Assembly: GCF_000372725.1 (NCBI RefSeq)
Contig: NW_005201287.1
Location: forward strand, 326,986-390,985
Source: Emiliania huxleyi CCMP1516
Taxonomy: Eukaryota
DNA: 64,000 nucleotides
Reading direction: 5' to 3'
Position numbers and translations under genes: made by a program. The notes beneath the pieces are model-generated. The model ran no database searches. It had not been told where the DNA came from and worked only from the letters and a program-made list of their open reading frames with translations. Positions 53,884-64,000 of this stretch are shown here, piece after piece (the first letter of the stretch is position 1; the number at the start of each line of letters is the position of its first letter).

Positions 53884-56800
53884 TCAAACGTACTGGCTCG
53901 CCGTGGCCCCGTCGTCCGCCGGGCCGCTGCTGGTCAGCTCGATGCTGCCCCTGTCGCCGCTGGCAGCGGAGGCGGGCGGGGGCGCGCGGGAGAGGGCGGC
54001 GTCGGCGGCGGCTGAGCCCGCGATGGCGAGGAAGACCGACTCGAGCGAGGGCTGCGTCGCCGAGTAGTCCAGCACGCCCAGGGCGCTCTTGGCCCCCTCC
54101 ATCTGCTCGAAGATGTCGTGCAGCAGCACGCCTGGCTCGCAGCGGGAGGACGGGGCGTGAGGCGCCGCGCCACTCCGTGGGTACGACGTGGAAGGCTGAG
54201 GACAGCTCGTTCTCAGACGGTCTACTCTCTGCTCCTCTCGGCTCGTCTCGGCGCGCCGCTCGGCAGCTCATACTTGGACCTGCCCGCCACGTGCTCGATC
54301 AGCCTCGCGCCGGGGAAGAGGCGGCACACGCCCTCGTGCGCCTCCTCGCCGCCTCCACCTCTGCCTCCTCCGCCGCCTCCGCCTCCGCCGCCCGCCGCCT
54401 CGCCCCCCACGCGCAGCTCGAGCGTGTACCCTCCGCCGTACTTCGACTTGAGGTGCTGCTGGCCGCCGAGGCAGCGCAGCCGGCCTGCGCCGTGGAGGAG
54501 GGCGGTCTCTTCCGGGCGCACTCAGAGGCGTGGAGCGGACGGCGTTCGACAACTGAGCACAGCTGACCACGTCGTCTCGAGTGCTAGTTTGACCGAAGAG
54601 CACGTGTTCAAGCATCTGCCCCAGCCGGCCGGCCGCCATCACCCCGACGCGCGAGCAGAGCGCCTCGCACTCCGCCATCGAGTGCGTCGTGAGCACGAGC
54701 GAGCGGCGGGACCTACCGCCGTCACACCGGGCCCGGGGCTGAGAACGCCTCTTGTGGACTCGGCCCAGCACGAGCGAGCGGCATCACCGCTCCGTGGCGA
54801 TGACGTCCCACATGTGTCGCCTGCTCTGCGGGTCCATCCCGCTCGAGGGCTCGTCGAGGAAGCAGACGGACGGGTCGCCCACCAACGCGATGGCGAGCGA
54901 GAGCTTGCGCTTGTTGCCGCCCGAGTAGGCGCCGCACACTCGGTCCGCAAACGGCGTCAGCGTCACCTGCTCGATCAGCGACTGCACGAGGCCGGGGAGG
55001 GCAGCCTCGTCCAGGTTCTTGAGGCGCGCGAACATGGTGAGCAGCTCGCGACCCGTCATGCGCTCGAGGAGCGGGTCCTCCTGCGGGCCACAGGAGGAGG
55101 TGTCTAGGAGGTGTCTAGGAAGTGTCCAGGAAGTGTCTCGAGGAGCGGGTCCTCCTGCGGGCCACAGGAGGAGGTGTCTAGGAAGTGTCCAGGAAGTGTC
55201 CAGGAAGTGTCTCGAGGAGCGGGTCCTCCTGCGGGCCGCAGTAGGAGGTGTCTACGAGGTGTCTAGGAAGTGTCCAGGAAGTGTCTCGAGGAGCGGGTCC
55301 TCCTGCGGGCCACAGGAGGAGGTGTCTAGGAGGTGTCTAGGAAGTGTCCAGGAAGTGTCTCGAGGAGCGGGCTCTCCTGCGGGCAGTAGCCGAGCTGCTC
55401 CCGCACGCGCGGCAGCTGCGTCGCGATGCTGAAGCCGCCCACCCACGCGCCACCCCTCGTGGGCGGGAACTCGCCCGTTAGCATTCCGATCGAGGTCGTC
55501 TTGCCGGCGCCGTTGACGCCGAGCAGACCGAAGCACTCGCCGTCGAGGATGCGCAAGGACAGGTCCGCGACCGCAACCTTGGGCGGCGCCCTGCCCCGCG
55601 CCGCGTACACCTTTTGGAGCCGGTGTGCCACTGCACGCGCGCCGCCCCGCACGCCTCCGCCGCCGCCTTCAACAAGCTCGCCGTGATTAACGATTCATTT
55701 ACTATTATTCATTTACTATAATTAACGATTCATTGCGCCGCCGCCTTCCACGAGATCGCGCACGGCGTCGGCCTCCGCCTGCACGTCTTATTTTCTTTTC
55801 TAATGATGAAGCGCTTGATAATAATTAATAAAAAAAGCGTCGGCCTCCGCCTGCACGTCCGCCTCGACGCAGCAAGCGCCCTCGGAGCGCAGCGCGCGCA
55901 GCGCCGCCTCCTCCGCCGTCCCACCCCGCCGTCGTGCACGCCGCTCGTACAGCACGCAGCCGAGGCCGGCCAGCAGCAGCAGCAGCAGCCCGAGGACGAG
56001 CAAGACGTAGTCGAGCGGCGTCGCCTCCGCCACCACACCTTCCCCGCCGGCGGGCGGCGCGTCGCCCTCGTTGTAGTTGAGCGCCGACTGCACCTCTCTC
56101 TCCGTGGTTCCGGCTGCGGCGACGGCGGTGGCGCCGAGGGCGAGCAGGAGCAGGGCGAGGGCGGAGGCGAGGCCGCAGCCGAGCCTGCTGCGGAAGGAGC
56201 AGGAGAGAGTCTCTCCGCCGAGCACTGCTGCCGCGGCGGCGAGGAGGGCGGAGCGGAAGAGGTAGGAGTACTCCGCGCCGAGGACGAGGGAGAAGAAGAG
56301 AAGCGCCTCGAGTGGGAGGAGGTAGAGCGCGCGCGACACCTCCTCGCTGCCGAAAGGGTCGTGCGGCTGCCCGCCGAGCTCCGCGAAGTACCACTCTTGC
56401 GTGAGAGCGAGCAGGGCTTGCCCGAAGTTGAAGGGCGGGAAGAGGCGGTAGAAGTGGACCAGCGCGCGGTCGGCGTCGACGGTGTTGGGCAGCACCTGCG
56501 GTCCACGTGAGGACGAGTCGTCGCCCTGCCCTCGGCGGTGCCGGCGGTGCCGGGCCGCACCTGCATGATCTGGTGTGCGAGGACCATCACGAAGCCCGTC
56601 GTCAAGTTGAAGACGAGGACGCCGATCTGCGCAGTCGAGTGCGAGAGGAAGAGGTGCGAGTAGCAGTACGCGAGCGGGATCGCCGCGAGGCCATACAACC
56701 ACAGCACGAGCGCCGTCGCGCCCGCCTGGGCCGCATTGCCGACGAAGCCGGGCTCGCCGTAGAGGCCGAAGACGGCCATCACTCCGAGCGAGACGAGGGA

Positions 56801-59800
56801 GGACATGCCTGCGTCCCAGAGGTAGTGGGCGAGCCAGTAGACGACGGGGTTGGTGCCCGAGACGAGCTGCAGGTGCTTCGCCTTGGAGTTTCGCTCCTTG
56901 ACAATGAGGGGCGCGACGGCGGCGGGCGCGTACGAGAGCGGGATGAGCACGAAGATGCCGGCGAGGAAGGCGAGCACCACTTGCACCTGCCGAGAGGGCC
57001 CGAGATGGCCCGAGATGGCCCGAGATGAGCCGAGAGGACCCGAGATTGCCCGAGAGGACCCGAGGGAGGCGAGCACCGCCTGAACCTGCGCCGACTCCAG
57101 CTGAGAATCACTAAGGGGCTCTCTTACATCTGAGCCGCCGGCCTGCGCCGACTGCGCCGCCGTGAGCGGCAGGGGATGGTTGTGCACCCGGTAGTAGGTG
57201 TCGGCTGAGGAGGAGGAGGGAGCGCCGGCGGAGGAGGAGGGAGCGCCGGAAAAGGCGGCGGAGGCGGTCTCGTTGTGGATTAACCGCCACGCCGCGGCGG
57301 AAACCTCCCCGAGCATCGCCGCGTTGGCGTGCGGCGACGACGCGTTGAACAGCACCGTCATCTCCGCCGCGACGCACGCCTCGATGCGGAGGGAGTCGGG
57401 AGGCGGCGCGCCGCTCGCCGAGCCCACGTCCACGTCGGGCAACCTCGACCACTCTGCAGGGTCGCCGAGACCGTACGCCGGCGCGGCGACAGAGATGCCG
57501 CTCTCGGAGAGCGTCACGCGCCCTGCCGACACCGCGACGGGCCCCGCGCCGTCGCTGGCGAAGGTGAGGTTGGGGGCGGAGATGGCGACGGCGGCGCGGG
57601 AGACGCGGATCTCGCCCAGCCGCAGGGTTGGCGAGGTGAGGGTGAGGGTCTCCTCCCCGAGAGGCACGGAGAGGGCGAGGTCGGACGCGTTGAGCAGGGC
57701 GGAGATGTCGATCTCGACGCCCTCGAGGGCGGAGATCGACGCCTCGCCCCCGGCGTGCACGTCGCGCAGGGCGGGCGCCACGCCGCTGAGCTCGAGGACT
57801 GCCCGCTGCTCGAGGGGGAGAGCGCCGAGCAAGCCGAGCAGCGCACCGGTGTCGAGCGGGAGGAGGCTGCCCGCTAGCGCGCCAACCTGCTCGCCGAGGA
57901 GGCCGATGCCTTGCTCGAACGCAAAGCTCCTTGCCAGCTGGCCGTTGACGGTCAGCGGGCAGGAGGGCGGCGCCGGCGGGGCGCCGACCGACCAGGAGGG
58001 GTTGGTGTACGAGGCGCCGGAGGCGGAGGCGGGCGGTGGGGCGGCGGGGTCGGCGGAGGGAGGAGCGAGCTGGCGGCAGAGCGCCTCGATGGTGCCCTCG
58101 AGGTATGCCGTCTCGCGCGTGCCGCCGCCTCCTCCTCCTCCGCCCGCCTCCAGCGAGAATGCGGCCTCGATCGCGGCCGCAAGCGCCTCCGTCGCGCTCA
58201 GCGGAGCGTCCCTCGAGCTGGACGCGACGGCGTCAACGGCGGCGAGGGCGGCGGCGAGGGCTGCCGGGTCGACACGGCTCGTGAGGTTGCCGAGTAGCTG
58301 TCCGGTGAGGATGCCGCCCAGCCCGCCGCCCGCTGCGAGGCCGCCCAAGCTGTCGAGCAGCTGCTGCGCGTCCTGCTCGTCCACCTCGCCGTCGCCATTG
58401 AGGTCGGCGACGCTCGAGTTGCCTCCGCCGAGGGTGAGGTTGGCCGCCGCCGCGAGAGCAGCGAGCTGCTGCGTGACGTCGGCCGGAAGGCTCAGATTCC
58501 CCGCGCCGCCCGGGGGCGACGCGCCGCTGCACCGGAGCAGCCCGAGGGCGACCGCAGCTCGCAATCGTCGCCCGCCGCCAGGGAGAGTCTCGCCGAGTTC
58601 CTCGGCGGAGACGTTGAGCCGGAGGGAGTCCGGGAGGGCGAGGGCGCCCACGCGGACGCACCTCTCGTGCTGACTGTACGTCTCGAGCATGTGCCGCGAG
58701 AGAGCCGCCGAATCGCCTGCCGGGACATGTCGCGGACATGTCGCGGACATGTCGCGGACACGTGCAGAGCGTGTGCCGCGAGAGGGCGCGGAGAGAGGCG
58801 CCTTGCACGCGGTCGAGAGAGAGCACGCTCCGCTCCGCGAGGGCGGCGACGAGCGGGTGCGAGGCGGGAGGCGAGTGCAGGAACTGGGTGGAGTCCGGCC
58901 CATCGCCGCGCGTGTAGAGCGAGGCGTCGAGCAGTATCCTAGACACTTCCGAGACACTCTCCGAGACGCTCTTCTAGGCGCGCGGAGAGGTAGGCGTCGA
59001 GCCGTCTCCTCGGCCCGACGCGCGGGTCGGGGAGGAGGAGGACGAGCATGGTGAGCGCGACGAGCAGTACCTGAGCTCGCGGGCAGCGGCAGCTGAGGAA
59101 GGGCCCCGCGGCGGGCAGGAGGGAGTCGACGTGTCTGCGACGTGTCTGCGACGTGTCTGCGACGTGTCTAGGAAGAAGCACCGGCAGCGCGTGCTGCAGG
59201 AAGAGTCCCTTGCGGTCGCGCTTGGCGCAGACTGCACGCTTCTGGAGCAGCACGCACAACTGCTTGCACGGCGAGGCGGCGCCGCTGCGGCGTGCGCCCA
59301 CGGAGGCGGAGGAAGACCTCCTCCATCGAGGTGAGCGAGACGCCTATTCACAGCAGCAGGGTGTGAAGAGAGGCGGAGGAAGACCTCCTCCATCGAGGTG
59401 AGCGAGACGCCTATTCACAGCAGCAGGGTGTGAAGAGAGGCGGAGGAAGACCTCCTCCATCGAGGTGAGCGAGACGCCTATTCACAGCAGCAGGGTGTGA
59501 AGAGAGGCGGAGGAAGACCTCCTCCATCGAGGTGAGCGAGACGCCTATTCACAGCAGCAGGGTGTGAAGAGAGGCGGAGGAAGACCTCCTCCATCGAGGC
59601 GAGCGAGACGCCTATTCACAGCAGCAGGGTGTGAAGAGAGGCGGAGGAAGACCTCCTCCATCGAGGTGAGCGAGACGCCTATTCACAGCAGCAGGGTGTG
59701 AAGAGAGGCGGAGGAAGACCTCCTCCATCGAGGTGAGCGAGACGCCTATTCATAGCAGCAGGGTGTGAAGAGAGGCGGAGGAAGACCTCCTCCATCGAGG

Positions 59801-62800
59801 CGAGCGAGACGCCGAAGCTCTGCAGGCCGAGCTGCGCCTGGGCCGCCGCGAGGTGGCGCAGGAGCGGGCCGAACGAGGCGGTGGAGGCGAACGGGAGGCG
59901 GAACGAGAGCTCGCCCGCGTGCTGCGAGAGGAGCTCGGCCTCGGGGACGAAGGAGCGGACGGCGGCGCCGACGGCGGTGGCGGAGCAGCTGCCCGGGCCT
60001 GTGCTGAGTGTGAGGGTGTACCCGAGGCCGAAGCGGCTCTTGAGGAAGAGCGAGGAGCCGGCACAGCGCAGCCGCCTAATTAATGACCAATTCATTCTTC
60101 ATTCTTCATTATGAAGTAAAGAGCGAGGAGCCGGCACAGCGCAGCCGCCTAATTAATGACCAATTCATTCTTCATTCTTCATTATGAAGTAAAGAGCGAG
60201 GAGCCGGCACAGCGCAGCCGCCTAATTAATGACCAATTCATTCTTCATTCTTCATTATGAAGTAAAGAGCGAGGAGCCGGCACAGCGCAGCCGCCTAATT
60301 AATGACCAATTCATTCTTCATTCTTCATTATGAAGTAAGGAGCGAGGAGCCGGCACAGCGCAGCCGCCTAATTAATGACCAATTCATTCTTCATTCTTCA
60401 TTATGAAGTAAGGAGCGAGGAGCCGGCACAGCGCAGCCGCCTAATTAATGACCAATTCATTCTTCATTCTTCATTATGAAGTAAAGAGCGAGGAGCCGGC
60501 ACAGCGCAGCCGCCTAATTAATGACCAATTCATTCTTCATTCTTCATTATGAAGTAAGGAGCGAGGAGCCGGCACAGCGCAGCCGCCCTGTCGAGAGGAC
60601 GGCGATGCGGTCGGCGAGCAAGTCGGCCTCGTCCATGTAGTGCGTCGTGAGCACGAGGACCTATTCACAGCAGCAGGGTGTGAAGAGAGCGCTGTTCACG
60701 CCTCGTCCATGTAGTGCGTCGTGAGCACGAGGACCTATTCACAGCAGCAGGGTGTGAAGAGAGCGCTGTTCACGCCTCGTCCATGTAGTGCGTCGTGAGC
60801 ACGAGGACCTATTCACAGCAGCAGGGTGTGAAGAGAGCGCTGTTCACGCCTCGTCCATGTAGTGCGTCGTGAGCACGAGGACCTATTCACAGCAGCAGGG
60901 TGTGAAGAGAGCGCTGTTCACGCCTCGTCCATGTAGTGCGTCGTGAGCACGAGGACCTATTCACAGCAGCAGGGTGTGAAGAGAGCGCTGTTCACGCCTC
61001 GTCCATGTAGTGCGTCGTGAGCACGAGGACCTATTCACAGCAGCAGGGTGTGAAGAGAGCGCTGTTCACGCCTCGTCCATGTAGTGCGTCGTGAGCACGA
61101 GGACCTATTCACAGCAGCAGGGTGTGAAGAGAGCGCTGTTCACGCCTCGTCCATGTAGTGCGTCGTGAGCACGAGGACCTATTCACAGCAGCAGGGTGTG
61201 AAGAGAGCGCTGTTCACGCCTCGTCCATGTAGTGCGTCGTGAGCACGAGGACCTATTCACAGCAGCAGGGTGTGAAGAGAGCGCTGTTCACGCCTCGTCC
61301 ATGTAGTGCGTCGTGAGCACGAGGACCTATTCACAGCAGCAGGGTGTGAAGAGAGCGCTGTCCACGCCTCGTCCATGTAGTGCGTCGTGAGCACGAGGAC
61401 CTATTCACAGCAGCAGGGTGTGAAGAGAGCGCTGTCCACGCCTCGTCCATGTAGTGCGTCGTGAGCACGAGGACCTATTCACAGCAGCAGGGTGTGAAGA
61501 GAGCGCTGTTCACGCCTCGTCCATGTGGTGCGTCGTGAGCACGAGGACCTATTCACAGCAGCAGGGTGTGAAGAGAGCGCTGTTCACGCCTCGTCCATGT
61601 GGTGCGTCGTGAGCACGAGGACCTATTCACAGCAGCAGGGTGTGAAGAGAGCGCTGTTCACGCCTCGTCCATGTAGTGCGTCGTGAGCACGAGGACCTAT
61701 TCACAGCAGCAGGGTGTGAAGAGAGCGCTGTTCACGCCTCGTCCATGTAGTGCGTCGTGAGCACGAGGACCCGGCCGGGCGCCGAGCGCTTCAGCAGTGA
61801 CCAGAGGGACCGGCGGGAGGCCGGGTCCATGCCCGAGGTGGGCTCGTCAAGCAGCACGCAGCGGGAGCCGCCCACGAGCGAGCAGCCCACCGACAGCTTG
61901 CGCCTCATCCCGCCCGACAGCGCGTGCGACCGCGTGTGCTCCTTGTCCGCTAGACCGACCTTGGCCACCATGGCCGCCGACGCGGTAGCGAGCTCGCCTC
62001 GGGGCACGCCCTTGAGGGCCGCGTAGTGCTGCATGTGCTCGGAGACGGTCAGGCTGCGCCAGAGGACGTCATGCTGCGGGCAGATGCCCATCAGCGTGTA
62101 GACGCGCCGCGCGCAGCGGCAGATCGAGAGACCAAACACGTAGCAGTCCCCTCGCGTCGGCGCGTACAGGCCGGTGAGCACGGACAGCGTCGACCTGTTC
62201 ACAGCAGCAGGTGTGAAGAGACGCCGTTCACACCCAAACCGGTGAGCACGGACAGCGTCGACCTGTTCACAGCAGCAGGTGTGAAGAGACGCCGTTCACA
62301 CCCAAACCGGTGAGCACGGACAGCGTCGACGTCTTGCCGGCGCCGTTGTGTCCGAGCAAGCAGGAGATCTGCCTATTAGTTATCAACTCGCTTGTAATCA
62401 ACTATTCATTCGTTGTGGCCGAGCAGGCAGGAGATCTGCCCCGGGTAAAAGGAGAGGTGCAGGTTGTCGACGGCAACCTTGCGCATCTTGCCTCGGCCGT
62501 AAACCTTCGTCAGGCCGACGATCTCGACCGAATCTCCCCCCGCCGCCAGGGAGGGAGGGACCGGCTCAAAGGCGGCGCCCTCCTGCGGGAGAGCCACCTC
62601 TGCGCGCGGCGATTGCAAGGACGGGCACCAAAAGGCGCGGCGCAGGAAGAAGAGCGGGTGGAGGGGTGCGCCGAAGCGAGAGGGGAGGACACGCTCGAGG
62701 TAGAGGGCGAGGGCCTAATTAATTGATGCTTCATGCTTCCTTATGAACTGGAGAGGGGAGGACACGGTCGAGAGGGCGAGGGCCTAATTAATTAGGTATT

Positions 62801-64000
62801 CATGATTCATTATGAAGTAGAGAGGGGAGGACACGCTCGAGGGGCGAGGGCCGTGTACAGCAGCGAGTCGAGCAGCAGCATCCAGAGCGAGAGAGCGAAG
62901 GAGTAGGGCGAGTCGGACCAGTTCTCGGGGCTCACGCCGACAGACGCGTACTCGTACTCGCCGAGCACGTCCGCGCCAAAGGCAAAGGCGGTGGGCGCCG
63001 CGAGCGAGGCCGCGATCTTGGCGCCCGTCTGCTCGAAGCGGTTGGTGCCTGAAGAGGTTGCCGAGCTCGTGATGGGCCGCGGCTCATGACGGGGGGGGGC
63101 GGGTGGGCGGGGCCTCGTGCCGCACATCAATATCTCCCCATATCTCCCCACATCTCCCCACATCTCGTGCCTGTGAAGAGGTACTTGGGCAGGACGAGGG
63201 CGAAGAAGGCGACCGGGCAGGCGGCGGCGGCGAGGACGGCGTTGGAGAAGCAGGCGGCGACGAGGAAGGAGAAGGCGACGCAGGTGAGGCAGAAGAGGGA
63301 GAGGTAAAGGAGCAGCACCCAGAAGGGCGTGTGCGGGAGGAAGAGGGAGCAGACGAGAGCGCAGAGCAGCGCGTTTGCTCCGAACTGGACGAGCGCAGTC
63401 GCATACCTGTCGGCGGCGGAGAGAGGGGGAGATAGGGGGAGAGATGGGGAGATATGGGGAGACATGGGGAGATATGGGGAGCCGCGAGGCGTGAGGGTTG
63501 ACTCGTGAGCAAGGCTCGGGGGAGGCGACGCGCACCACGATCCGACATGCACGCCGTGCCGCAGGCCCATGATGCGCCTGTTAATTAATACTTCATTCTT
63601 AATTAACAGCCGACATGCACGCCGCGCCGCATGCCCATGATGCGCATGGTCTGCGCGAGGCGCGTCTCCTTCTCCTCGACCACGGACTTGGTGAGCAGCG
63701 CGGCGGGGAAGAGCTGGCAGAGGGTGAGGAGGAGGGGCAGCAGCGACTGGACGGCGAGGTAGAACGGGTTCTGCGAGTAGGCGGCGGTGGGGAAGGGCGC
63801 CAGCCACGCCACGTCCGCGGGAGGAGGGAGGGGCTCGGCGCCGTGGCGGGCGGCGAGGCCAAACGCAAAGCCGTCGACGGCGCGCTGCAGCGTGAGGAAG
63901 CCGGAGGTGACGTACCTCTGGTACTCGGTGTCGAGGCCTAATTGATTAATTAATGATTGATTATTAATTCAAGCAGGTGACGTCCCTCTGGTACTCGGTG
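53884..64000 (-). CDS. ABCA: ABC transporter subfamily A (full-size, two NBDs), many introns, 5' end outside the window
   Basis: NBD1: [81 protein letters not shown]2: [61 protein letters not shown] motifs [13 protein letters not shown] and [15 protein letters not shown]. Confidence 0.95.
55063..55380. repeat. Intronic tandem array (4 units) of exon-start copy + 11-bp acacttcctgg/acacctcctag repeats in ABCA
   Basis: ctcgaggagcgggtcctcctgcggg.c.caggaggaggtgtctagg... is repeated. Confidence 0.85.
59303..59812. repeat. 67-bp tandem array (7 units) in an ABCA intron
   Basis: ctattcacagcagc recurs at 59344, 59411 ... 59746. Each unit includes exon sequence encoding VSL(A/T)SMEEVFLRL. Confidence 0.95.
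60046..60587. repeat. 73-bp tandem array (7 units) in an ABCA intron
   Basis: ctaattaatgacc recurs at 60076, 60149 ... 60514. Unit = exon piece (RLRCAGSSL) + AT-rich filler. Confidence 0.95.
60626..61770. repeat. 74-bp tandem array (15 units) in an ABCA intron
   Basis: ctattcacag recurs at 60661, 60735 ... 61697. Unit = 35-bp exon piece ([12 protein letters not shown]) + 39-bp filler. Confidence 0.96.

Noticed and set aside
59303..61770. CRISPR-like appearance (35-39 bp alternating segments)
   Set aside because: The would-be spacers are identical to each other and are pieces of the ABCA coding sequence. There are no cas genes and the context is eukaryotic.

Overview
High-GC, intron-rich eukaryotic genomic DNA, not prokaryotic. 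GC-AG introns, 10-11 bp intronic tandem repeats and 'AEAEGLRLHLS' AP2-type repeats fit the haptophyte Emiliania (Gephyrocapsa) huxleyi or a close relative; this is inferred, not searched. There are three 100-N assembly gaps. Recognisable genes: an AP2-repeat protein, a FAR-17a/AIG1-like membrane protein, a SAM methyltransferase, ClpP, an LpqC/PHB-depolymerase-like esterase, a CCDC57-like coiled-coil protein, a secreted KGEL-ending protein, an intronless ankyrin-Pelle/IRAK-like kinase-RING protein, a sulfatase, a BspA-LRR/Pro-stalk/Hint/TM surface protein, a BTB protein and a 5'-incomplete ABCA transporter. Four structures stand out. (1) A receptor-L-domain-like LRR gene at 40.6-44.9 kb built from 23 phase-0, one-repeat-per-exon cassettes that are shuffled and mosaic. 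(2) Many introns made of a copy of the next exon's start plus a short AG-ending filler, amplified up to 15 times in ABCA. (3) A split-direct-repeat (A1..B1A2..B2) element with PAT/Ngaro/TOC1-type architecture. (4) Nested TIR and tailed insertions whose empty sites are also in the window. Intron boundaries were read by eye and need transcript support.
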